Made by a program: the position numbers and the translations under genes. A model generated the notes under the pieces. The model made no database searches, was not told the DNA's origin, and saw only the letters and a program-made list of their open reading frames with translations. From Nannocystales bacterium (GTDB lineage: Bacteria; Myxococcota_A; Polyangia; Nannocystales; Nannocystaceae), in the NCBI GenBank assembly GCA_050633305.1, contig JBOEGF010000025.1:1-22500 (forward strand): 22,500 bases of DNA. The letters run 5' to 3'. Shown piece by piece: positions 7,738-15,760 of the stretch (within the stretch, counting starts at the first letter, position 1; every line of letters begins with the position of its first letter).

Positions 7738-8484
7738 ATGCCCCGCTTCGACCTCCTGGTCGCCCGCAACTCGTCGATGTCTCGGCGGGAAGTGAGTCGG
7801 ATGTTCAAGACCAAGCGAATCCGTAGCCTGGACGGGGAGCCGCTGCGGGCGAAGGACAACGTCCCGCCGAGCGAGCTACCCACCCAAGTCCACGTCGATG
7901 GGCGACCGCTGACCCTGAGGGCTCGGTACGATCTCCTGCTGAACAAACCGCTGGGTGTGGTCACGGCCCACCAGGACGACCGGCACCCGACGGCGTATGC
8001 GCTGCTCCGCGAAGCGCCCCTATTCAAAGAGCTCCGCGGCGTGGGCCGGCTCGACAAGGAAACCTCCGGGCTGCTGATGTGGACGACCGACGGCACCCTG
8101 CTCCACCGGATCACCCATCCGCGCTACGCCGTTCCCCGCACCTACCACGTGGCGCTCGAACGTCCGCCCGCTCCGCTGCCCGAGGGACTCGCCCTCAAGG
8201 ATGGGTACGTCCCAGAGATCACAGAGTACGAGGCGCGCGACCCCGGATCCCTCCACCCCGCGCTTCACCGCCCGGACGAAGCGCGCGCCTTCGCGTCGAT
8301 CACAATCACCACCGGCCGGTTCCACGAGGTTCGTCGCATCTTCGCCGCGCTCGAGAGCCACGTCGTCGGCCTTGCGCGGGTCAGCTTCGGGCCGGTCGAG
8401 CTACCCACCGACCTCGCAGCGGGAGCGTACGCCCCCTACGACCTCAAGGCGGCCTTCGCCGGCATGCACCCGCGCCCCAAGTGA
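7738..8484 (+). CDS. RsuA/RluB/E/F-family rRNA pseudouridine synthase (248 aa)
   Basis: Degenerate S4-like N-terminus, LLNKPLG, catalytic GRLDKETSGLL, GRFHEVRRIF, LARVSFG. Exact subfamily is uncertain. Confidence 0.92.
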   Translation: MPRFDLLVARNSSMSRREVSRMFKTKRIRSLDGEPLRAKDNVPPSELPTQVHVDGRPLTLRARYDLLLNKPLGVVTAHQDDRHPTAYALLREAPLFKELRGVGRLDKETSGLLMWTTDGTLLHRITHPRYAVPRTYHVALERPPAPLPEGLALKDGYVPEITEYEARDPGSLHPALHRPDEARAFASITITTGRFHEVRRIFAALESHVVGLARVSFGPVELPTDLAAGAYAPYDLKAAFAGMHPRPK

Positions 8485-8567
8485 CGCCTGCGGGCGCGGC
8501 CAGAACGCGGCCACCGACGCTCAAGGCGGACCATCGTGTGCCGATGAGGCAGGAGGACGGACGAACA

Positions 8568-9113
8568 ATGAACGCCTCGAAGCCCATGTGTACCGTCCTG
8601 TTCGCCAGTTCCTTGGTTGCCGCGGCCGGGTGTGACCTCTCGGTCTACCCAACCACATCGGAGTACGACGCCCAGGAGGCCGCTCGGGCATCGCTCGACC
8701 TCGACGCCGCGTCGATGCCCAACGCCTCGGAGGTCGTCGACGTCGAGCTGACCCTGGATACGGTCGCCATGCACCGGCTGTACGAGGACCGGTGGGTCCT
8801 GCTCTCGGGGGACGAGGCGACCACGACCCTGGTCGCGGAGCCTCGCTCGGACGCGATCCCGGACGTGCCCATGCGGATGCAGGCCTACGACCAGCTCTCC
8901 TTTGGAATCACCCGCGTCCGCGTCGCGACCGCAGAGGGCTGGCGAGACGCGGACCTGCTGGTCGACGAGGTGACGGTCGACGGAGACTTCATCGTCGACA
9001 CGGACGTCACCATCGCGTTGACCTTCGACCTTCAAGCCGGGCTGCAGGGAAATGCGAACGCCGGGTACACCTTCGAGCCTCTGGTCGAGGCTGCTGTGCA
9101 AGCCGCTCGCTGA
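8568..9113 (+). CDS. Lipoprotein, DUF4382-like beta-rich domain (181 aa)
   Basis: AGGAGG at 8551-8556 upstream of ATG 8568; lipobox AAGC; acidic beta-strand pattern ending IALTFDL...YTFEP. The family assignment is tentative. Confidence 0.65.
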   Translation: MNASKPMCTVLFASSLVAAAGCDLSVYPTTSEYDAQEAARASLDLDAASMPNASEVVDVELTLDTVAMHRLYEDRWVLLSGDEATTTLVAEPRSDAIPDVPMRMQAYDQLSFGITRVRVATAEGWRDADLLVDEVTVDGDFIVDTDVTIALTFDLQAGLQGNANAGYTFEPLVEAAVQAAR

Positions 9114-9239
9114 GCACCGACCCCCAAACCGGGGCCGTAGCACCCTTTCAGAGCGATTCTCGCAACATCACTGGGAGCGATGAGCAGACGCGCGGCCGGT
9201 CCTGCTGGGACTCGCCACGGGCTGCTAGAGTCGCGGCTC

Positions 9240-11366
9240 ATGCGGACCCCGCTCGCGCTCCTCGTCCTTGCATCGCTCGGCGCTTGTGCCTCGAAGCCGA
9301 CCTCCCCCGTGGCGCCCCCGACGTCACCGGACGCGACCGCACAAGCGGCGGACGCCCCCGTGGCCGACCCCGATCCCATCGCGTCCACCGATCCCCATGC
9401 GTTCGACGTGCGCGACCTTCTGGCGATGGACCGGATCAGCGACCACCAGGTCTCGCCGGACGGGAAGACCGTCGTGTTCGTCCGTCGGGTGACCGACCTC
9501 GCCGAAGACCGAGGACGGACCGACCTGTGGTCGATCCCCACCGCCGGCGGGGAGCCCACACGGCTCACCCAGAACGCGGCGAGCGACTTCAACCCCAGGA
9601 TCTCGACGGATGGGAAGACGCTGTACTTCCTGTCGAGCCGCAGCGGGAGCGTCCAGGTCTGGTCCATGCCCATCGCCGGCGGCGAGGCAACCCAACAGAC
9701 CCAGCACCCGCTGTCGATCGGCAACCTCACCTTGTCCCCGGCGGGAGACACCTTCGCGTTCTCCGCCGACGTGTTCGTCGACTGCCCCGACCTCGCGTGC
9801 ACGGCAAAGCGGCTCGAGGAAGAGGCGGCGGACCCCCGGACCGGTCGTCTCTACGATCAATTGTTCGTGCGTCACTGGGACACCTACAAAGACGGCCGAC
9901 GCTCGCACCTGTTTGTGCAGCCCCTCGCCGGTGGCCCCCCAACCGACGTCACCCAAGGGGTCGAGGGCGACGTTCCCACCAAGCCGTTCGGCGGCGCGGA
10001 AGACTTCACCTACTCCCCCGACGGCAAGACGCTCGTCTACACAGTGCGTCTTGCGGGCAAGAGCGAGCCATGGTCGACCAACTTCGACCTGTACGCGGTC
10101 TCGGCCAGCGGTGGAACGCCTCGACTCCTCACCAGCGACAACCCGGCCTGGGATGCACACCCCGTATTCTCCCCCGACGGCAAGACGCTGGCCTTCGCCT
10201 CGATGAAGCGAGCCGGATACGAAGCGGACAAGTTCACCCTGCGAACCATCGCTTGGCCCGATGGGGCTCCCCAACCGCTCACCCAGCACTGGGACCGCTC
10301 GGCGGGGTCGTTCACCTTTGACGCCGACGGTGCGGCGCTGCTCGTCATCGCCCAGAACTTCGGCCAGCGGTCTCTGTTCCGCGTCCCCCTTCAGCCAGGC
10401 GCCGAGGTCACCGAGCTCGTGCACGACGGCTCCCTGGGGGGACCGGTGCCGGTCGGCGATCGCATCCTGCTCGCCCAACACGATCTCCAGCACCCGACCG
10501 AGCTGTACACGGTGGCCAAGGCGGGCGGCGAGCTGACCGCCGTGACGCACATCAACGACGCGAAAGTTGCCGCGGCTCGGATGGGCGAGCCCGAGCAGTT
10601 CTCGTTCCGCGGGGCCGGTGGCGACACGGTCCATGGCTACGTCGTCAAACCCGTCGACTTCGACCCCGAGCAGACCTACCCGATCGCGTTCCTGATCCAC
10701 GGGGGACCACAGGGGTCATTCGGAAACATGTTCCATTACCGCTGGAACGCCCAGACCTACGCGGGAGCGGGATACGCGGTCGTCATGATCGACTTCCATG
10801 GCTCGACCGGGTACGGGCAAGCCTTTACCGACGCCATCGGCGACGACTGGGGCGGCAAACCCCTGACCGACCTGAAGAAGGGGCTCGCACACGCGACGAA
10901 AACCTACCCGTGGATGGAAGCCGACAACGCCTGCGCGTTGGGAGCCAGCTACGGCGGATTCATGATCAACTGGATCTCCAGCCAGTGGCCCGACCGGTTC
11001 AAGTGCCTGGTCAACCACGATGGAGTCTTCGACGCTCGCATCATGTACTACGCGACCGAGGAACTCTGGTTCCCCGAATGGGAGCACCGCGGGCCGTACT
11101 ACGAAAAGCCCAAGGCCCACGAGAAGCACAACCCGGCGCTGTTCGTCGACAAGTGGAAGACACCGATGCTGGTCGTCCAGGGCGCCCTCGACTACCGGGT
11201 CCCCGAAGACCAGGGGCTGGGCACGTTCACAGCATTGCAACGGCGCGGCGTCGAGTCGAAGCTTCTGTTCTTCCCGGACGAGAACCACTGGGTCCTCAAG
11301 CCGAACAACAGCCTGCAGTGGCACGAGGTCGTCTTCGACTGGATGCGCACGCACACCAGCAAATGA
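9240..11366 (+). CDS. S9-family serine peptidase (dipeptidyl-peptidase-5-like) lipoprotein (708 aa)
   Basis: Lipobox LGAC; PD40/WD40-like SPDGK repeats; IHGGPQ, GSTGYG, nucleophile GASYGG, DYRVP and ENHW triad motifs. Confidence 0.93.
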   Translation: MRTPLALLVLASLGACASKPTSPVAPPTSPDATAQAADAPVADPDPIASTDPHAFDVRDLLAMDRISDHQVSPDGKTVVFVRRVTDLAEDRGRTDLWSIPTAGGEPTRLTQNAASDFNPRISTDGKTLYFLSSRSGSVQVWSMPIAGGEATQQTQHPLSIGNLTLSPAGDTFAFSADVFVDCPDLACTAKRLEEEAADPRTGRLYDQLFVRHWDTYKDGRRSHLFVQPLAGGPPTDVTQGVEGDVPTKPFGGAEDFTYSPDGKTLVYTVRLAGKSEPWSTNFDLYAVSASGGTPRLLTSDNPAWDAHPVFSPDGKTLAFASMKRAGYEADKFTLRTIAWPDGAPQPLTQHWDRSAGSFTFDADGAALLVIAQNFGQRSLFRVPLQPGAEVTELVHDGSLGGPVPVGDRILLAQHDLQHPTELYTVAKAGGELTAVTHINDAKVAAARMGEPEQFSFRGAGGDTVHGYVVKPVDFDPEQTYPIAFLIHGGPQGSFGNMFHYRWNAQTYAGAGYAVVMIDFHGSTGYGQAFTDAIGDDWGGKPLTDLKKGLAHATKTYPWMEADNACALGASYGGFMINWISSQWPDRFKCLVNHDGVFDARIMYYATEELWFPEWEHRGPYYEKPKAHEKHNPALFVDKWKTPMLVVQGALDYRVPEDQGLGTFTALQRRGVESKLLFFPDENHWVLKPNNSLQWHEVVFDWMRTHTSK

Positions 11367-11436
11367 TGCCGTCCCCCCGCCGCCGGAGCCGCAGACGAAA
11401 CATTCGCCTGCGCGCGACCGTTGCAGAACCGAGACC

Positions 11437-12075
11437 ATGAGCAAGCGCCGACCCCCGAGCGCCCTAGAGGCCATCAGTGCCGAGCTAGGGCAGGAACAAC
11501 AAGAGCGGCGGGCTCATTTCCAGCCCGCGCTGTTGTTGTCCCTGGTGGTCGTGATCGCGCCTCTGGTGGTCTTCGGCGTACGGCCCGACCTGCTCCAACT
11601 CCCTCCCGAACGGCTGGCGGTGCAGGTCCTGTTGTGGATTCTGTGTCTCCTCGTCTTCCCAGCGCTCGGGGTCGGGGTGTTCTTCGTCGGTCGCGGGGTC
11701 CGGTACGCCCTCGCCCTCACGGCGATTGCGCTGACGGTCGTCGCTTCGACCGGTTGGCCGTTTTCCTCCGCGCCCGTCGCCGATCACTCGCACGCCATGG
11801 CGCCGCTGGGCTGCCTATCGGTCACCTTGATCACGGGGGTGGCGATGCTTGGCATCGGCGTCATCAGCGGGGCCTTCGTGCAACGGCGCCGTGTCTCCGC
11901 GGTGTTCTGGGTCGCCGCCGGCCTCTCCTTGGTCGCGCTCAACGTCGTGACATGGCACTGCCCTGCGTCGGGCATGCTGCACATCGTCCCGCTGCACTTG
12001 GGCGGCGCAGCAGCCCTGCTCGCCCTCGCCGCCGTCGTCGGGTGGTTCGTTCGTCGCCGCGACGCCAAAACTTGA
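11437..12075 (+). CDS. NrsF/DUF1109-like multi-pass membrane protein (212 aa)
   Basis: About 6 TM helices with GVRPD, a mid-protein Cys (LGCL) and C-terminal WHCP...H....H, typical of NrsF-type anti-sigma factors. Confidence 0.7.
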   Translation: MSKRRPPSALEAISAELGQEQQERRAHFQPALLLSLVVVIAPLVVFGVRPDLLQLPPERLAVQVLLWILCLLVFPALGVGVFFVGRGVRYALALTAIALTVVASTGWPFSSAPVADHSHAMAPLGCLSVTLITGVAMLGIGVISGAFVQRRRVSAVFWVAAGLSLVALNVVTWHCPASGMLHIVPLHLGGAAALLALAAVVGWFVRRRDAKT

Positions 12076-12106
12076 GTCTCACGCTCCGCCGGGCCAGCAT
12101 GCCGGG

Positions 12107-12694
12107 GTGCTTCGCATCGCCAAAGTGATCCCGCAGACCAGCGCGGAGGGTCCGTTCGAGCGATGTGCGGTGTGGGTCGCCGGCTGCAACCTGGCCTGCC
12201 CTGGTTGCTGCAACCCGGCGTTGTTCCCTGCGGACGCGGGCGAGAGCGCCTCAGCAACCCGACTTTGCGCGCTGCTGGACCAGGTCCAAGCGGCGGGCGC
12301 CGAGGGCGTGACCGTGCTCGGTGGTGAGCCCCTGCAGCAACCGGCCGGGCTGGCCTGGTTTGTCGAGCAAGCCCAGGCGCGGGAACTCGGGGTCATCGTG
12401 TTCACGGGGTACACCTTGGAACAAGCGCAGCAGCGCCCCGACTTCGAGCGGATCTGGGCCAACCTCGACACCCTCATCGACGGACGCTTCGACGCTCGCC
12501 AACCGGAGCAACACCGACGCTTCATCGGCTCGGCGAACCAGCGCCTGCATCACCGGACAACCCGCTACAACGCCGAGAAACTCTGGCGCGGCGTCCAGCG
12601 CATCGAGGTCCGCGTCGACAGAGATGGCCGCATCGAGGCGCACGGACTCCCCCGCTCCGTGTCACGACTGACCCGCGCGCTGTCATCCAGGTAG
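12107..12694 (+). CDS. NrdG-like radical SAM protein (activating-enzyme subfamily, 195 aa)
   Basis: AEGP...VWVAGCNLACPGCCNP (CxxxCxxC), VTVLGGEP, FTGYT, LIDGRF, GSANQR. Confidence 0.88.
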   Translation: MLRIAKVIPQTSAEGPFERCAVWVAGCNLACPGCCNPALFPADAGESASATRLCALLDQVQAAGAEGVTVLGGEPLQQPAGLAWFVEQAQARELGVIVFTGYTLEQAQQRPDFERIWANLDTLIDGRFDARQPEQHRRFIGSANQRLHHRTTRYNAEKLWRGVQRIEVRVDRDGRIEAHGLPRSVSRLTRALSSR

Positions 12695-12784
12695 CGCGCC
12701 GGTGTGGCCTGCGCTCCCGGAGGGCAAGCGGTCGAGCTCTGCCGCGCCGAACGTCGCGCCGGCCTGATAAGGTTCGCATCCCCC

Positions 12785-13264
12785 ATGGCCGCCAAGAAGC
12801 AGTTTTGGTTGATGAAGTCCGAGCCCGATGCGTACTCGATCGACGACTTGGAGCGAGATGGATCCGAGCCCTGGGACGGGATCCGCAACTACCAAGCTCG
12901 CAACTTCATGCGCGCCATGAACGTCGGCGACTTGGTCTTGTTCTACCACTCCAACGCCAAGCCACCCGGTGTCGTCGGGGTCGCAAAGGTCTGTAAGACC
13001 GCCTACCCGGACCACACCGCCTGGGATGCGAAGAGCAAATACTTCGACCCCAAGTCCCCACAGGACAACCCGCGCTGGGAAATGGTGGACCTGGAGTTCG
13101 TCGAGAAGACGCCGAACATCGTCTCCCTCGCCGACCTCAAGGCCGACCCCGCCCTCACCGACATGGTCGTGACGCAGAAGTCCCGGCTCTCCGTACAGCC
13201 GGTCGGTAAGGAACACTTCAAGCACGTGCTGTCGGTCGCGGGCGCGAAGACCAAAGTCCGCTAG
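12785..13264 (+). CDS. EVE domain protein (159 aa)
   Basis: WLMKSEP, WDGIRNYQARNFM, GDLVLFYHS, YFDPKS, SRLSVQPV. Confidence 0.95.
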   Translation: MAAKKQFWLMKSEPDAYSIDDLERDGSEPWDGIRNYQARNFMRAMNVGDLVLFYHSNAKPPGVVGVAKVCKTAYPDHTAWDAKSKYFDPKSPQDNPRWEMVDLEFVEKTPNIVSLADLKADPALTDMVVTQKSRLSVQPVGKEHFKHVLSVAGAKTKVR

Positions 13265-14280
13265 GAAACCGCGTCCAGGTCTCGCAGCATCTGCGCCTTG
13301 AGCGAGGGTGGTGCGAAGCTGACCTCGATCCCGGTCCGGACGATGCCGCGAACCGTGTCGTCCCGCCAACCGAACGCGTCCATGCACCGCGCATACTCGG
13401 TGAGGAGGTCGGTCCCAAACATCGGTGGGTCGTCGCTGCCCAGCGTGATGCGCAACCCGGCAGCCAACAGCTGGGGGAGCGGATGCTCCCCAAGGGAGGG
13501 AAACAAGCCCAGCGCGACGTTGCTGCTGGGACAGACCTCCAGGGCAGTTCCCTTCGCTCGCAGCGTGTCGACCAACGCGGGGTCCTCGAGGCACCGCACC
13601 CCGTGGCCCAGACGAGCCGCTCCCAGCCTACGCACAGCGGTCCAAATCGATGAAGCACCGGCCCCCTCGCCAGCGTGCGGGAGACTGGCAAAACCAGCGG
13701 CGCGTCCGCGATCGAAGGCCCGGCCGATCGCCTCCATCGGGTAGTGGTCCGCCTCCGGTCCGCCCACGCCCAGTCCGGCAACGCTCCCTTCATCCCGCGC
13801 GTCCATCCCCAGCGCGAAATCGACGGTCGCCTCGGCCTGGTGCGGCATGGACCGTACGATGTCGAAGACCCAGCGATGAACGACGCCGTACAAGCGTGAC
13901 GCCTCGGCCCGACCCATGGCGAGCCCTGCCCACAACGTCTCCGCAGTGATCCCCCGCGCTCGATGGGTCAGAGGTGTGAACGTGACCTCGGCATAACGAA
14001 CGCCGGCGTCGGCGTGTCGGCGTGCCAAGTCCACGACAACGTCTCGGATGTCCTGCGCGCGGACGAGGCACCGAGACACACCAATGTACAGACGCAGGAA
14101 ATCCCGGAACGACCGGAACTGGTACGCAGCGCGTAGTCCTTGGGGCCCCTGATCCGCACCGGGCAACCGGACCCCGTTGCGGTCGGCAAGCGTCATCGCC
14201 ACCTCAGGGCTGATCGACCCCTCGAGGTGAACGTGCAGCTCGACCTTGGGGAGCGCCGTCAGGAACGCCGTTCGACTCAC
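13261..14280 (-). CDS. add: Adenosine/adenine deaminase (339 aa)
   Basis: LPKVELHVHLEG, YAEVTF, PHAGE, RLGHG, EVCPSSN, GSDDP. Start at GTG 14280; stop shares CTAG 13261-13264 with the convergent EVE gene. Confidence 0.92.
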   Translation of the reverse strand: MSRTAFLTALPKVELHVHLEGSISPEVAMTLADRNGVRLPGADQGPQGLRAAYQFRSFRDFLRLYIGVSRCLVRAQDIRDVVVDLARRHADAGVRYAEVTFTPLTHRARGITAETLWAGLAMGRAEASRLYGVVHRWVFDIVRSMPHQAEATVDFALGMDARDEGSVAGLGVGGPEADHYPMEAIGRAFDRGRAAGFASLPHAGEGAGASSIWTAVRRLGAARLGHGVRCLEDPALVDTLRAKGTALEVCPSSNVALGLFPSLGEHPLPQLLAAGLRITLGSDDPPMFGTDLLTEYARCMDAFGWRDDTVRGIVRTGIEVSFAPPSLKAQMLRDLDAVS

Positions 14281-14313
14281 GGAGGCCAGCGTAGCGCGTG
14301 GTAGGGTCCGGCG

Positions 14314-15756
14314 GTGACCGACGAGGAGAGCACCCCCGACGGCCGGCCAATTCCCGGCTGGGCGGCGCTCGTGCCCGTGCTGGCGCTGATTGCCTTTCTC
14401 AGCCTGTTCATCCTCGTCCTGCCCGAGCGTTTCCCAGGCTTTGAGGGCACCGGTCACCTTCCCTTGCTGCTCGCAGCGATCGCCGCAGGCCTCGTGGCTC
14501 GGGCCTACGGCTGGTCGTGGACGTCGCTGCAAGCGGGTGTGAACAAGGCGATCGGGATGGCGATGGGCGCGATGCTGATTCTGCTGGTCATCGGCCTGCT
14601 GATGGGGACCTGGCTCGTCTCGGGCGTCGTCCCGGCGCTGATCGACTGGGGGCTCTCCCTGCTCTCGCCCTCGTTCTTCCTCCCGACCGCGTGTGCTGTT
14701 TGCTCGGTCGTCAGCCTGGTCAGTGGCAGCTCGTGGTCCACCGCCGGCACCGTCGGGATCGCGATGATCGGCATCGGCGGCGCCTTGGGCATCGACCCCG
14801 CGATGACCGCGGGCGCGGTCATCAGCGGTTCCTACTTCGGCGACAAACTCTCCCCGATGTCTGACACGACCAACCTCGCCCCGGCGATGGCGGGCGCGGA
14901 GCTGTTCGAGCACATCCGACATCAAATACTGACGACGGGGCCGTCTTGGGTGATCGCGATGGCGGTCTACACCGTGCTCAGCCTCGGCACCGACGTGCGT
15001 GTCGACGCAGCGGGCATCGACGCGATCCAGTCCGCCATTCGCACCCACTACGACCCGAGCATCATCCACATCCTCCCCCCGGCCGTCGTCTTGGTGTTCG
15101 TGCTGCGACGCCAACCCGCCCTCCCAACGCTGTTGTTGGGTGCTGGCCTCGGGGCTGCCTTGGCGATCGCCCAAGGCACCGGTTCCGACTCCGTCATCAC
15201 CTCGGCCATGTCGGGCCACACCGCCGCTACCGGGAACGCGGGGGTCGATGAGCTGCTCAGCCGCGGGGGCATGCTCGAGATGGCCAGCACCGTCATCTTG
15301 ATCCTGTGCGCGATGAGCTTCGGCGGCGTGATGGAGCGAACCGGCATGCTGCAAACGCTGGCCAGCAAGTTGCTCTCCCTGGCGAAGAGCGTGGGCTCGC
15401 TCATCGCGGTCACCGTGCTCACAGCCGCCGGCATCAACATTGTTGCGGGGGACCAATACATCTCGATCGTGGTGCCCGGCCGCATGTACGGGGCCGCCTT
15501 CGCGGACCAGGGCCTCCATCCCAAGAACCTCTCCCGAGCCATCGAGGACGGCGGCACCATCACCTCCGCGCTGATCCCCTGGAACACCTGTGGCGCCTTC
15601 ATGGCAGCGACACTGATGGTGCCCACATCAGCGTATCTGCCCTACGCTGTCCTCAACTACGTCAACCCACTGCTGTCCATCGTGTTCGGATTCCTCGGTT
15701 TCACCATTGCCAAGCGCGCAGGCGCGGGCAGCGAATCGCCACCTGTGGCACGCTAG
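14314..15756 (+). CDS. nhaC: NhaC-family Na+/H+ antiporter or permease (480 aa)
   Basis: GSSWSTAGTVG, GDKLSPMSDTTNLAP, SRAIEDGGT...LIPWNTCG; about 11-12 TM helices. Confidence 0.9.
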   Translation: MTDEESTPDGRPIPGWAALVPVLALIAFLSLFILVLPERFPGFEGTGHLPLLLAAIAAGLVARAYGWSWTSLQAGVNKAIGMAMGAMLILLVIGLLMGTWLVSGVVPALIDWGLSLLSPSFFLPTACAVCSVVSLVSGSSWSTAGTVGIAMIGIGGALGIDPAMTAGAVISGSYFGDKLSPMSDTTNLAPAMAGAELFEHIRHQILTTGPSWVIAMAVYTVLSLGTDVRVDAAGIDAIQSAIRTHYDPSIIHILPPAVVLVFVLRRQPALPTLLLGAGLGAALAIAQGTGSDSVITSAMSGHTAATGNAGVDELLSRGGMLEMASTVILILCAMSFGGVMERTGMLQTLASKLLSLAKSVGSLIAVTVLTAAGINIVAGDQYISIVVPGRMYGAAFADQGLHPKNLSRAIEDGGTITSALIPWNTCGAFMAATLMVPTSAYLPYAVLNYVNPLLSIVFGFLGFTIAKRAGAGSESPPVAR

Positions 15757-15760
15757 TGCC

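Noticed and set aside
7689..8114. Long N-terminal extension of the ECF sigma
   Set aside because: Antisense to the pseudouridine synthase; sigma homology starts near 7688.
12107..14280. Radical SAM, EVE and deaminase as an anti-phage or DNA-modification island
   Set aside because: All look like stand-alone housekeeping-type genes; no nuclease fusion, methylase, mobility gene or evident compositional shift.
13261..15519. 752-aa ORF suggesting a large N-terminal fusion to adenosine deaminase
   Set aside because: The extension is the antisense shadow of nhaC; deaminase homology begins at GTG 14280.
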